In this document: positions 27,539-36,824 of the stretch, in pieces | Numbering within the stretch: the first letter of the stretch is position 1 | Layout of the letters: every line of letters starts with the position of its first letter | Origin: Eubacteriales bacterium | Lineage (GTDB): Bacteria > Bacillota > Clostridia > Christensenellales > Aristaeellaceae | Reading direction: 5' to 3' | DNA: 64,000 nt | Assembly: GCA_031549415.1 (NCBI GenBank) | Contig: JAVBPU010000014.1 | Coordinates: 7,982 to 71,981 of the forward strand | Position numbers and translations under genes: made by a program | The notes under the pieces: model-generated | Told to the model about the DNA's origin: nothing | Databases searched by the model: none | What the model saw: the letters and a program-made list of their open reading frames with translations, nothing else

Positions 27539-28377
27539 CCTTCTTCCTTTGGTATGGACAGCCCGTCGTACACTTTTTTCAGCGCGTCCAGGGCGGCAAT
27601 GGCCTGGTATTTGACCTGGGTCGCCAGCTGCACGGAGGTTTCCTTTTCATCCACGGTTTTCACAAACGCGCCATAGGACCGCAAGCCATCAATAAGGCCC
27701 TGCACCGCCTGATGCCTGGGGGCAGAAAAGCGCTGTTCCAGCCGAAGGGCCACCGTTTCCACCTGCTGGCCCGCCGCCTGCACCTGGGCAATGGCTTCCG
27801 GCACGCTCACCTCTTGCCGGTCCATCAGCATGGACAGGGCTTGCAGCTGGGACACCAGATCGCTGCCATGCAAAAAGGCGGCTTCCAAAATGTCCAATTG
27901 CCCCTTCATGCCCTTCATGCGCAGCACCAATGGTGGCAACTGAATCTGATAGGCGTAGGCTTCAATGGAGTGCTTTTGGAAGAGCTGGGCCCGCACGGCC
28001 TCCACTTCCTCCTTGGTGGGATACAGGGCAGCCAGAGCACGGAAACGGGTATCCTCCCATACATATCCGGCGGCGCCACGGTTTTGAAACGACTCCGCGA
28101 TTTTCTTGGCGGCCTCCTGGTTTTCAAAGGCGCCAAGTTGCAAAGCATACCAAGTTGCTGTTGGCAGCGTCATTTCCCGGCTTTCCACGGTTTCGTCAAA
28201 GGCGGCGTCCGTGGGAATGGGCGTGGGGGTTTCCGCCAACCGCACCTGCAGCCCGTCCCCATCGTTCCTCCACAGCAGGCCGGATAAGAGCAGCACCGCG
28301 GATAAAAACAGCAGTAGGTAATTAAGCCATTTCCTTTGCGTCGTACCACTGGGGTATACCCGAGTCTTTTCTTCCAT
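27535..28377 (-). CDS. Membrane-anchored SPOR-domain protein
   Basis: TM segment WLNYLLLFLSAVLLLSGLLW. SPOR-like WYALQLGAFENQEAAKKIAESFQNRGAAGYVWEDTRFRALAALY. Confidence 0.75.
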   Translation of the reverse strand: MEEKTRVYPSGTTQRKWLNYLLLFLSAVLLLSGLLWRNDGDGLQVRLAETPTPIPTDAAFDETVESREMTLPTATWYALQLGAFENQEAAKKIAESFQNRGAAGYVWEDTRFRALAALYPTKEEVEAVRAQLFQKHSIEAYAYQIQLPPLVLRMKGMKGQLDILEAAFLHGSDLVSQLQALSMLMDRQEVSVPEAIAQVQAAGQQVETVALRLEQRFSAPRHQAVQGLIDGLRSYGAFVKTVDEKETSVQLATQVKYQAIAALDALKKVYDGLSIPKEEG

Positions 28378-28510
28378 GCCGGTCCCCTCCCATGCTTCGC
28401 ATCGTCTGACCCTATGCGCCCCAAAGGAGGATTATGTGTAGCTTGCGCTTCCTGCCACGCTGTGTTACCATAAACAAACCGCATTCATTATACAGGCACG
28501 GAGGCAAAAG

Positions 28511-29242
28511 ATGCAATACCATTTGGATACGATTCCACTGTGGGAAGTGCTGGAACAGCATGCGGAATGCCCCTTTTGCGCCTTGTATCATCATTTGGAA
28601 GAAACCGAGGTCCAGCGGGCCCTGGGTGGCAGCGTGATGGAGCCGGATGTGCGCGTGCAGGTCAACAAACGCGGCTTTTGCGCAACCCATCACAGACAAC
28701 TGCTGGCCCAGAACAACCGGCTGGGGCATGCCTTGCTGACGGATTCCCACATGAAGGAACTGCTGAAAAAGACCTGTTCCTTGTCTCCCGCGGGTTGGCC
28801 CCCCAAGGCACATTTGGACGCGTTGATTGAAAAGCTGCAAGCCCTTTCCAGTGGATGCGTTCTCTGTGATGCCCTTGCCCTGCATATGAACCGCTACTAT
28901 GCCACTTTTTTGCATCTTTGGAAAACCGACAAAAAATTTCAGGCGCTATGGGATGCTTCCCACGGAGCCTGCATGCCTCATGGGGCAGAGCTTCTGCGCC
29001 ATGCGCAAAAGCATCTGTCCCTTAAAAAGCAGCAGGTTTTGGCCGGGTCGGTGCTTGCGTTGCTCAATGCCCGTCTGACCCAGGATGAAAAGGACTTGGA
29101 ATACTTCACAACGCAGTTTGACTACCGCAATCAAAACAGGCCCTGGGGGGACAGCAAAACCGCCTTGGAGCGCAGCCTCCGGCGGTTGCGGGGCGGCTTT
29201 GCGGAAGAACACTTTGAAAGGGACGGTGAAACCCGTTCATAA
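28511..29242 (+). CDS. Conserved Cys/His-rich protein of unknown function (resembles DUF6062-type clostridial proteins from memory)
   Basis: 243 aa. Duplicated CxxC...CxxH pattern (CPFC...CATH; CVLC...CMPH). SD GGAGG before the ATG. Preferred over the antisense ORF 28412..28915. Confidence 0.65.
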   Translation: MQYHLDTIPLWEVLEQHAECPFCALYHHLEETEVQRALGGSVMEPDVRVQVNKRGFCATHHRQLLAQNNRLGHALLTDSHMKELLKKTCSLSPAGWPPKAHLDALIEKLQALSSGCVLCDALALHMNRYYATFLHLWKTDKKFQALWDASHGACMPHGAELLRHAQKHLSLKKQQVLAGSVLALLNARLTQDEKDLEYFTTQFDYRNQNRPWGDSKTALERSLRRLRGGFAEEHFERDGETRS

Positions 29243-29257
29243 TGCTCTGGCGCGTGC

Positions 29258-29716
29258 TTATTCCGCCTCCCGCTGAAACTGTTCCAGGGATACGCCCGCC
29301 TCCTGAAAAAACTCCAAAGAAAAGGGGTCCGGGTACCCTTGCTCATATACCACCCGCTTGATGCCCACGTTCACAATCATTTTCGCGCAGACGGAGCAGG
29401 GCTGGTGGGTGCAGTACAGCGTGCCTCCCTCAATGGAAATGCCCAGCTTGGCCGCCTGCAAAATGGCGTTTTGTTCCGCGTGGATGGCGTAGCAGACCTC
29501 CGCCCGGGTCCCCGAAGGAATGTTCAGCTTGCGGCGCAGGCACTCACCCCGCTCTTTGCAGGTCTGGATCCCCGCAGGTGCGCCATTGTACCCGGTGGTC
29601 ATGATGCGCTTGTCCTTTACAATGACAGCGCCGATGTTCCGGCCTTCATTAAAGCAGCTTGACCATTCGGAAATCAAATAGGCCATCTTCATGAACCGAA
29701 TATCCCATTTATCCAT
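29258..29716 (-). CDS. dCMP deaminase (ComEB family)
   Basis: HAEQNAI and PCSVCAKMI zinc motifs. ATG at 29716 with SD GGGAGG. The track start at 29941 was rejected. Confidence 0.88.
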   Translation of the reverse strand: MDKWDIRFMKMAYLISEWSSCFNEGRNIGAVIVKDKRIMTTGYNGAPAGIQTCKERGECLRRKLNIPSGTRAEVCYAIHAEQNAILQAAKLGISIEGGTLYCTHQPCSVCAKMIVNVGIKRVVYEQGYPDPFSLEFFQEAGVSLEQFQREAE

Positions 29717-29851
29717 CTGCCTGCCTCCCATTTCTTTTTGTGAATTATACTTCATTCCCTTGGTTTTGACAATGCGCCCAAGCCCATGGCGGCGCTCCCC
29801 GTTGTCATGGCCCCGGCCAACGGCACATAGCCTCTTGCGGGAGGCGGTGCT

Positions 29852-31135
29852 GTGCGCACTCAGAACGCGAAACAACAAACCCTGCTGCTGGCCGGGGTGA
29901 ACGCCATTGTGCGGGCCCTGGGCCTTTACATGCGGGTTCATCTATCCAGGCTGCTGGGCGCGGAAATCATGGGCATTGCGGAGCTTTGCTCCGGGGTCCA
30001 TATGCTGGCCATTACGCCCCTGACCTCCGGCCTGCCCCTGGCGGTCAGCCGAATGACGGCCAAGGCTTCCCAAAAGGACAAGGAGCTGCCTTTGATGGCA
30101 GGTCTTTTGCTGGTGCAAAAAGCCTCTGTGGTGCTCATTCCCCTGTTGCTTCTGGGGTCGCCGCTGCTGGCGGGCTTCATGCGGGACCCACGGGTCCTGC
30201 CTTCCATATGGCTCAGCGCCCCCTGCATCTTGATCCTGGGGTACTCCGCCGTCTATAACGGGTACTGCTACGGCATGGAAAAAAGCTGGGTCCCTGCCAT
30301 GTCGGAACTTTTGGAGCAGGTGGTGCGCTTTGCCCTGTCCATTGCCCTGATCCTTTGGCTGACCCAACTCACCACCCCTTGGCTGGCCGCCTTGCCGGTG
30401 GTGGCCACCACAGTGGCGGAAATGGCCGGGCTTGGCCTAGTCCTCCTCCTGCTCAAGCTGCCCCTGCAACACAGGGAGCTGGCAAAGCCTTTGCAAAAAC
30501 CCGTCTTTCGCCTGGCCGCCCCCACCACCGCCACCCGGCTGATCAACACAGGGCTTCGCTCCCTCACCGCTATTTTGATTCCTTTGCGCCTGCAGGTCTC
30601 CGGCCTGGCTCCGGCAGAGGCCACCTCCCGTTTGGGGATGCTGAACGGCATGGTGATGCCCATTGTCATGCTGCCCTTCATCTTCACCAGCGCCTTGTCC
30701 ATGGTCGCCCTGCCCCGCCTAGCCAAGGCGGAAAAAAACCGGGCGGAACTAAAGCGCTTGCTGCTTGTGTGCTTTGGCGCCGCCCTGCTGGTGGGGCTTC
30801 TTAGCTGGGGCATCATCCACTGGGCCGCCCCGCTGTTGTCCCTTCGGGTGTACCGCATGGCGGAATTGGCCCCCTTGTTTCGCCTGTCCGGTCCGCTGGC
30901 GTTGCTGGCGGCTGTGGGGCACGTGGCCATGAGCGTCATTGCGGCCTTGGGCCAGCAAAAGCGTTCCATGGTGGGAACGCTTGTGACTTCTGTGGTTTCT
31001 TTGGTTCTTACCTACCTGTGGACCGCCCTGCCGGAGTACCGGCTGCAGGGTGTCATTTGGGCGCAATCCATCGCGCAGCTGGCCATGCTGCTTTGGAACC
31101 TGGCCATCCTATGGAAAAGCCTTCGCAGGGTGTGA
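29852..31135 (+). CDS. MOP-superfamily flippase (SpoVB-type polysaccharide biosynthesis protein)
   Basis: N-terminus LLLAGVNAIVRALGLYMRVHLSRLLGAEIMGIAEL followed by about 12 hydrophobic spans. GTG start with SD GGGAGG. Shorter (427 aa) than typical SpoVB. Confidence 0.7.
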   Translation: MRTQNAKQQTLLLAGVNAIVRALGLYMRVHLSRLLGAEIMGIAELCSGVHMLAITPLTSGLPLAVSRMTAKASQKDKELPLMAGLLLVQKASVVLIPLLLLGSPLLAGFMRDPRVLPSIWLSAPCILILGYSAVYNGYCYGMEKSWVPAMSELLEQVVRFALSIALILWLTQLTTPWLAALPVVATTVAEMAGLGLVLLLLKLPLQHRELAKPLQKPVFRLAAPTTATRLINTGLRSLTAILIPLRLQVSGLAPAEATSRLGMLNGMVMPIVMLPFIFTSALSMVALPRLAKAEKNRAELKRLLLVCFGAALLVGLLSWGIIHWAAPLLSLRVYRMAELAPLFRLSGPLALLAAVGHVAMSVIAALGQQKRSMVGTLVTSVVSLVLTYLWTALPEYRLQGVIWAQSIAQLAMLLWNLAILWKSLRRV

Positions 31136-31885
31136 ACCGGTATCCTCTTGGTGGTAAATGCGCCTCAGCTCTTCCGTCTCGCTGCCGTCCTCCTGATAGA
31201 CCACCAAGGGGGGGAGCCAGGCAAGGCCAGGCCTTGCGTTCTTCATGGCTTCCAGCAGCACCAAATAAGGGGCGCGGCTGGCCTTGGCGCATACCAGCCG
31301 GACCCGTTTCGGCTCCAAGCGCTTCTCCCGCAAGGCATCGCACAGCTCCAGCAGGCGTGGCGATGGAAACACAAGAAATATACGCCCATGGTTTTTTAGC
31401 AAGGAAGCACCCGCCGCCACGATCTCGCGTAAGCTACAATCCGTTTCATGCCTGGCCACCAGCACCCCAGGCTCCGCACTGGGTAAACTGCTGCCCTGCT
31501 TGCCATAGGGCGGGTTACAGACCACTGCGTCCATACGTTCATAGCCCAAAACCCCAGGGGCCTCCCGCAGGTCCAAAGCATGCACCTGGATGCGCTGGGC
31601 CAAGCCGTTGAGCTCCATGGTGCGGCCTGCCATGTCCGCCATGTCCGGTTGAATTTCGATAGCGTGAAACTGTGCCGTTTTCTCCTTTTGGGAAAGAAGC
31701 ACGGGCAAAATGCCCGTGCCTGTTCCCAAATCCGCAATTGTTTCGCCTTTGCGAAGCGTCACAAAATCCGCCAGCAGCACCGCGTCCATGCCGAAGCAAA
31801 AGGCGGCAGGGTTTTGAATCATGCGCAGCCCATTGCGCTGCAGGTCGTCCACCCGCTCATGGGGCAAAACCAGTCCTCTTTCCAT
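31109..31885 (-). CDS. Class I SAM-dependent methyltransferase, tRNA m6A37 (TrmN6/YfiC) or Bacillus YabB type
   Basis: DLGTGTGILPVLL SAM motif and the NPPY motif (VVCNPPYGKQG). Confidence 0.72.
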   Translation of the reverse strand: MERGLVLPHERVDDLQRNGLRMIQNPAAFCFGMDAVLLADFVTLRKGETIADLGTGTGILPVLLSQKEKTAQFHAIEIQPDMADMAGRTMELNGLAQRIQVHALDLREAPGVLGYERMDAVVCNPPYGKQGSSLPSAEPGVLVARHETDCSLREIVAAGASLLKNHGRIFLVFPSPRLLELCDALREKRLEPKRVRLVCAKASRAPYLVLLEAMKNARPGLAWLPPLVVYQEDGSETEELRRIYHQEDTGSHPAKAFP

Positions 31886-34800
31886 CTATGACCCCTCAGG
31901 CAGGATGGTTAAAAACGCTGTGAGACAATACCCCTCCTGATCTTCAAAAATGATTTTACACCAATTGGCCCCCTGCTGCAACACCCGAACCCGGTCCCCC
32001 CGAAGCATGGTGGCCTGGGGCGGTCCTTCCTCGCTGCACTGGGCCCACACGCATTGCATGGTGTTCCCTTCCAACGGGTTCACATGGGCATAAGTCACCC
32101 GGGTCACATCTTGCAAGCTGGGGTCTAAAACGCGGTTTTGCGTCAGGCTGGACTCTGCCGAATTGCCAGGGCTGTTGCTGCTATGATTGCTGCCGCCGTT
32201 ACTATGATTACCCGCCCCATCAGAGCCACTGCCGGTACTGCCGCCCGAGTTGCCAGCGGCACTTCCCTCTAAGACGCTGTCGAGGCTGCTCACTGGGGCG
32301 CTATCGGCGCTGCTGGCCGAGCCGCCCCCAGAGTTGCCGCCGCCCGCAGGTTGGGAGCCGCTAGTCCCTCCGGTGGAGCCGTCTCCGTTGTCCGTCTGGC
32401 TGGGTACCGCTCCGCTCAGGTCCTCACTGGTCAGGTAGGTGGACATCACATAGCCCACCATGCCATGGTAACTGATCTGGGACCATTCCGCTCCGGCACT
32501 GGTGACCGTCACCTTGGCCCGCCATGGAATGGTGGTGAGAATCTCCGCCGCGGTGGATTTTGTGACCCGCAGGTTCAAGGAGCCTGAGGGCGTGTTCACC
32601 CAGGCGGCTGTCCCCTCAAGGCTGGCGGTCTGCCCGCTGGCACTTTGACTGGCGCTTTCGCTGGCGGCCTGGACGGACTGGTTCATGGCCGCATCCGCAA
32701 AGCGCAGATACTGGGTCATCACGTAGCCTGTCAGGTTCTGGTAGGTGACATAGCACCAGCTTTCACCGTAACTGAGCACGGTAATGGGCGTGGCGTTGGA
32801 CAGGGTGGCCAGCACAATGCCGGCATAGGAGCCTTCGCTTCTCAGGTTCAGTGCGCCGCCGGAGGTAGAAACCCAGGCGTTGCTCTCCTGGCTGGCTTCT
32901 CCAGTGCCTGCGGAGTCCGTGCTGCCTGTGCCCTGGCCCTCTGTACCCGCTTCACTGGCTGCCGCCGCCTCGGCTTCTGTCAGCTCCGATACGCTGTCCG
33001 GCAGTGCGCCGCCTGGGAAGGCTAAGTATTGCGTCATCACATAGCCAAAGTATCCGGCGAAGGCTACCCGGCTCCAATCCTGGCCTTTTTGCTGGACCGC
33101 CACAATGGAAAACCGTGGGATACGCTGCACAATGCCCGCGCCGAGCGAAGGCTCCGCCCGCAGGTTCAGCGTTCCGCTCTCCGTCATCACGGAAGCCATC
33201 ACCATGGAATCCACCGGCTTTTCCCTGTCCACAAAGGTCAGGAATTCGTTGACCACATAGCCCTGCTGGTTGCCGTAGACGGTTTTGCTCCAGGAAGAAA
33301 GCTGCTGCGTAATTTCGATGGTGGTGCCCTTGGGGATACGGGCCACGATGGGGCTTCCCGGCAATGGGTCTTGGCGCAGGTTCAAAGAGCCGGACACTGT
33401 GTTGACTGTGGCGTATAGCTTGGTGGTGACAGGCTCCTCTGGAAGCAGGGGCTCTTCTGGATTCTCCTCTTCACTGAGGCCCCCATCCCCCTCCGGCTGT
33501 TCCTCTTCCACCACGGGTGCTTGCCCATCGCTGGCAAAGGTCAAAAAGGCGTTCATGGCAAAGCCTGTGCTGCCTTCAAATGTGACATTGCTCCATTCCA
33601 GGCCCTTGCTGTTTACCGTTACCGTGGCCAGACGGGGAATGGTACGCACAATCTCGCTACCGGCCCGGTCCTCAGCCCGCAGGTTCAAAGAGCCGGATTG
33701 GGTGGTCACTTGGGCGGTGCCGCTGGCCGGGGCCGCGGGCGTGCCGGTCCCTTCCGGCGTATCGCCGCCCACCACTTCACCGGTGAACTGCAAGTAGCCG
33801 GACATCACATAACCCGTCATCCCGCCATAGACCACAGCGGACCATTCCTGGCCTTTGGATGTGACGGTCACCTGCGCCCCTCTGGGAATCGTGGTCAAAA
33901 TGGAACTGCCCGCATTGGCTTCCATGCGCAGGTTCAAGGAACCGGAGGGTGTGGCGACAATGGCCGTTTCCCCGCTGCCTGTGCCGCTTGTTCCGCTGGA
34001 AAGGGCCAAATCCACTGTCAGCATAAACCCAGTGACGCCTTCATAGCGCACTCCGCACCAGGGGTCGCCCCGCTCCGTCACTACCACGCTTTGTCCCATG
34101 GCAATCATCATCAACGGGGTAGCGGTCTGGTCTTTTTGCGGGTATAGCACACCCGCCGTGCTGGTGACGGTGGCCGTTTCTTCCGTGCTGCCCGTGCCAG
34201 GGGTTCCCCCGCCATCTACAGTTCCCTCCGTGTACTTCAAGCAAGAGGATACCACATAGCCTGTAATTCCGTTATACACCACGGTGCTCCATGCGCCATC
34301 GTCCCGTACCACGGTCACGGCGGTACCGTGGGGAATCTGCGCCAAGGCGCTGCTGCTGGTGGAAGGCGAGGACCGGAGGTTGATGCTGCTCACACCGTCT
34401 TCCGCCTGTACGGTGGCGGTCATATCCCCGGAACTAGCTGTGCTTCCGGGATAGGTGGCGGAGAAGGCCAGGAAATCGCTGGAGGCATAGGCTACAGTAG
34501 CGCCAAACTGAACCTGGGCCCATCCGCCGGAGTTGCTGAACACGGTGACAATGGAGCCCGTTGGCGCGGTGGTGACCACGCTGGCGGATGAGCTTCCGGA
34601 GGCGCGCAGGTTCAGGTATCCGTTGGCCTTTACGGTGGCAAAGCCAGAGATGGCGGTTACCGTCTCCTCCACCGAGGCGGGGGCGGTGCCGGAAAGGCTC
34701 AAGGAGTTGGTGGGCACATAACCCTTGATATTGCCAAAGCGGATAAAGCACCAGGTTCCGTCATTGGCATATACGCTCACCGGAGAATTGTTGGCAATGG

Positions 34801-36340
34801 CCCCCAGAATGCTAGCCGAGGACGATTTCGCGTTGCGTATGGCCAGCGAAGAGGAGGACCCCACCAGCTTCACTGTGCCACTGCAGGCGCCGTCCCCTTC
34901 CTCCACTTGCGCGGGGTCTTCCACGGTGGTTTGCTGGTCCGAGGAGCCGGCGGCCAGAATGCTGTTGGTAAAGCTGATGCGGACCCGCTTGCAATTGGTA
35001 TAGTAAAAGCCCAAAATCGAATCATAGGAATACCCTTGTTTTCCCATGTACATGGCGCCCCGCTGGCTCATGCCCAGGCCATGGCCATACCGCCTGGCTT
35101 CCAGCACAAAATCATTGCCGCTTTTCCGCACGCTCCAAAGCTCATTGGAGGAGGACTGGATGCTCATGCCCAGCATGCTTTCCAGCTCGGTAAAAATATT
35201 GCAGGTCACAGTCACAGAGACGGTTTCAATACCCCCGGAGGCGTTGCGGGTGCTGGCCGTCAGCGCAAAATCCATTTTGGTGTACAGCTTGCTGGGGGAT
35301 GCATACTTTGGGCTGTGGGGCGTAACGCTCTTGACGGTTTGCAGACTGGTATTATCCGCAGTGGCCGCATAGCCTTTGCTTCGCAGCTCCGTCACCGCCT
35401 TGGTTTTGAGCAAAGACAGCAAAGATGAATTGGTACTTCCGCCGGTGCAGGAGGCGTACACCGTGGACTTTTTGACCACGGAATCCGGGTTTGCCAAGTC
35501 GAAGGGGTCGTCTTTGACGCATAAATAGTCATAGCCCTTGGTGCCCCAAATGTTGGCGATGGACTCCATCTGGCCGCCATTGCTGGCGGAATAATAGGTG
35601 CCCGTATAGCTGGAACCATTTTTCAGCACGATGCCCTTGGTGCCGTCCACAGCCGCCACGCAGTTGGCGTTGCCGGAGGGCGTGCCATTATAGACCTGGT
35701 CGCTGGTGGTATCCACCACGTCGTAGGTGCTGGAAGCGCGGCTTTGCATCATGCGCACCGTATAGGTGCGGGCGGCTACTGCCTGGGCTTTCAGGGCTTC
35801 AATGTTGGCGCCGTTGCCCATCTCGTAGGGCAAAACCCCGTATAGATAGTTTTCTATATACACATGGGCAATGGTATACAGCTTGAAGCTGCCGCTTTGC
35901 AAAACCGCCTTAAAAGAAATGTCCCCGGGATATGGATTCCCAGGAACGCGGCCTTGTGCAATTTTAATGCCATTGGTACCCGTGGTGCTATGCCGTTTCA
36001 GGGTGAAAGAGGTACCCATGTTGGCTTTGCTTCCGTCGCGGGTGAGCGTAATGGCTCCCGTAGCGCTACTAAAGCCCACCGTGAGGCTTTGCCCGCTGCT
36101 GAGGCTTTGGGTTACATCACCATTGACGCTATAACTCCCCACCACCGTGAGGCTTAGAGAGGTAGGATTTCCCAGGGAAGAAAGGTACACGCGCACCATT
36201 CCGTCCTCAGAGCCGGATTCGGTTACAAGCGGCGCGGAAACCACAGTGGCCTCCGCCAGCGGGATGCTGGGAGCCGCGATACAAAGGGCAAGCAAGGTGA
36301 CGGCTATCTTTTGTATAGTATTCCATTTTCGCATCCGCAT
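31886..36340 (-). CDS. Giant secreted SpoIID/LytB-domain protein with 11 SH3b-like repeats (1,484 aa)
   Basis: ATG at 36340 (SD AGGAGG). Signal peptide. SpoIID core YLYGVLPYEMGNGANIEALKAQAVAARTYTV...YSASNGGQMESIANIWG. Eleven repeats of about 70 aa with pattern G(S/T)LNLR...G..V.V....G.W..V.Y.G..GYV...YL. Gly/Ser-rich tract near the C-terminus. Confidence 0.82.
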   Translation of the reverse strand: MRMRKWNTIQKIAVTLLALCIAAPSIPLAEATVVSAPLVTESGSEDGMVRVYLSSLGNPTSLSLTVVGSYSVNGDVTQSLSSGQSLTVGFSSATGAITLTRDGSKANMGTSFTLKRHSTTGTNGIKIAQGRVPGNPYPGDISFKAVLQSGSFKLYTIAHVYIENYLYGVLPYEMGNGANIEALKAQAVAARTYTVRMMQSRASSTYDVVDTTSDQVYNGTPSGNANCVAAVDGTKGIVLKNGSSYTGTYYSASNGGQMESIANIWGTKGYDYLCVKDDPFDLANPDSVVKKSTVYASCTGGSTNSSLLSLLKTKAVTELRSKGYAATADNTSLQTVKSVTPHSPKYASPSKLYTKMDFALTASTRNASGGIETVSVTVTCNIFTELESMLGMSIQSSSNELWSVRKSGNDFVLEARRYGHGLGMSQRGAMYMGKQGYSYDSILGFYYTNCKRVRISFTNSILAAGSSDQQTTVEDPAQVEEGDGACSGTVKLVGSSSSLAIRNAKSSSASILGAIANNSPVSVYANDGTWCFIRFGNIKGYVPTNSLSLSGTAPASVEETVTAISGFATVKANGYLNLRASGSSSASVVTTAPTGSIVTVFSNSGGWAQVQFGATVAYASSDFLAFSATYPGSTASSGDMTATVQAEDGVSSINLRSSPSTSSSALAQIPHGTAVTVVRDDGAWSTVVYNGITGYVVSSCLKYTEGTVDGGGTPGTGSTEETATVTSTAGVLYPQKDQTATPLMMIAMGQSVVVTERGDPWCGVRYEGVTGFMLTVDLALSSGTSGTGSGETAIVATPSGSLNLRMEANAGSSILTTIPRGAQVTVTSKGQEWSAVVYGGMTGYVMSGYLQFTGEVVGGDTPEGTGTPAAPASGTAQVTTQSGSLNLRAEDRAGSEIVRTIPRLATVTVNSKGLEWSNVTFEGSTGFAMNAFLTFASDGQAPVVEEEQPEGDGGLSEEENPEEPLLPEEPVTTKLYATVNTVSGSLNLRQDPLPGSPIVARIPKGTTIEITQQLSSWSKTVYGNQQGYVVNEFLTFVDREKPVDSMVMASVMTESGTLNLRAEPSLGAGIVQRIPRFSIVAVQQKGQDWSRVAFAGYFGYVMTQYLAFPGGALPDSVSELTEAEAAAASEAGTEGQGTGSTDSAGTGEASQESNAWVSTSGGALNLRSEGSYAGIVLATLSNATPITVLSYGESWCYVTYQNLTGYVMTQYLRFADAAMNQSVQAASESASQSASGQTASLEGTAAWVNTPSGSLNLRVTKSTAAEILTTIPWRAKVTVTSAGAEWSQISYHGMVGYVMSTYLTSEDLSGAVPSQTDNGDGSTGGTSGSQPAGGGNSGGGSASSADSAPVSSLDSVLEGSAAGNSGGSTGSGSDGAGNHSNGGSNHSSNSPGNSAESSLTQNRVLDPSLQDVTRVTYAHVNPLEGNTMQCVWAQCSEEGPPQATMLRGDRVRVLQQGANWCKIIFEDQEGYCLTAFLTILPEGS

Positions 36341-36469
36341 AGAATAGCAGCCTCCTATGTATTTCTGTTGCATTGCCTGGTTTTTGAACTGTTCAAATTT
36401 TAACACACTTTGTCACATCTGTCTACAGAATTCGACATCCAATATGTAACAATACTTCAATGATTTCGT

Positions 36470-36507
36470 CACAAAAAAGAAAAAAAGCAGAGCCTTTCGG
36501 CCCTGCT
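36470..36507 (-). terminator. Rho-independent terminator after the ferredoxin gene
   Basis: Minus strand: AGCAGGGCC-GAAA-GGCTCTGCT followed by TTTTTTTCTTTTTT. Confidence 0.7.
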
Positions 36508-36542
36508 CTTGACTTTGCTGGCTATTCCAGGATCAGCGGTGG

Positions 36543-36713
36543 TTACTCCTGCACAGGAGCGCCTACAGGGCAAGTATCCGCGCATGCGCCGCACTCGATG
36601 CACTTGTCCGCATCAATGACGTATTTTCCATCCCCTTCGGAAATCGCATCCACCGCGCAATCGGCCACGCAAGCGCCACAGCTGATGCACTCATCGGTGA
36701 TTTTATATGCCAT
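36543..36713 (-). CDS. Clostridial-type 2x[4Fe-4S] ferredoxin (56 aa), absent from the ORF track
   Basis: My own translation: MAYKITDECISCGACVADCAVDAISEGDGKYVIDADKCIECGACADTCPVGAPVQE, with two CxxCxxCxxxCP motifs, SD GGGGAGGTG and a TAA stop at 36543..36545. Confidence 0.88.
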   Translation of the reverse strand: MAYKITDECISCGACVADCAVDAISEGDGKYVIDADKCIECGACADTCPVGAPVQE

Positions 36714-36824
36714 AAACATTCACCTCCCCGTTTTCACTCCGCACAGCTTGGTGCCGTGCAGTGCCATTCTAGCACGCTATGAATCATTTAGCAAGCGACA
36801 TTTTTCGCGCCGTGATGACAAAAT

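Noticed and set aside
28412-28915. A 167-aa minus-strand ORF overlapping the Cys/His-rich gene.
   Set aside because: The plus-strand ORF has an SD, a duplicated CxxC/CxxH pattern and resembles a known clostridial DUF. The minus ORF is Gln/Gly/His-rich with no features.
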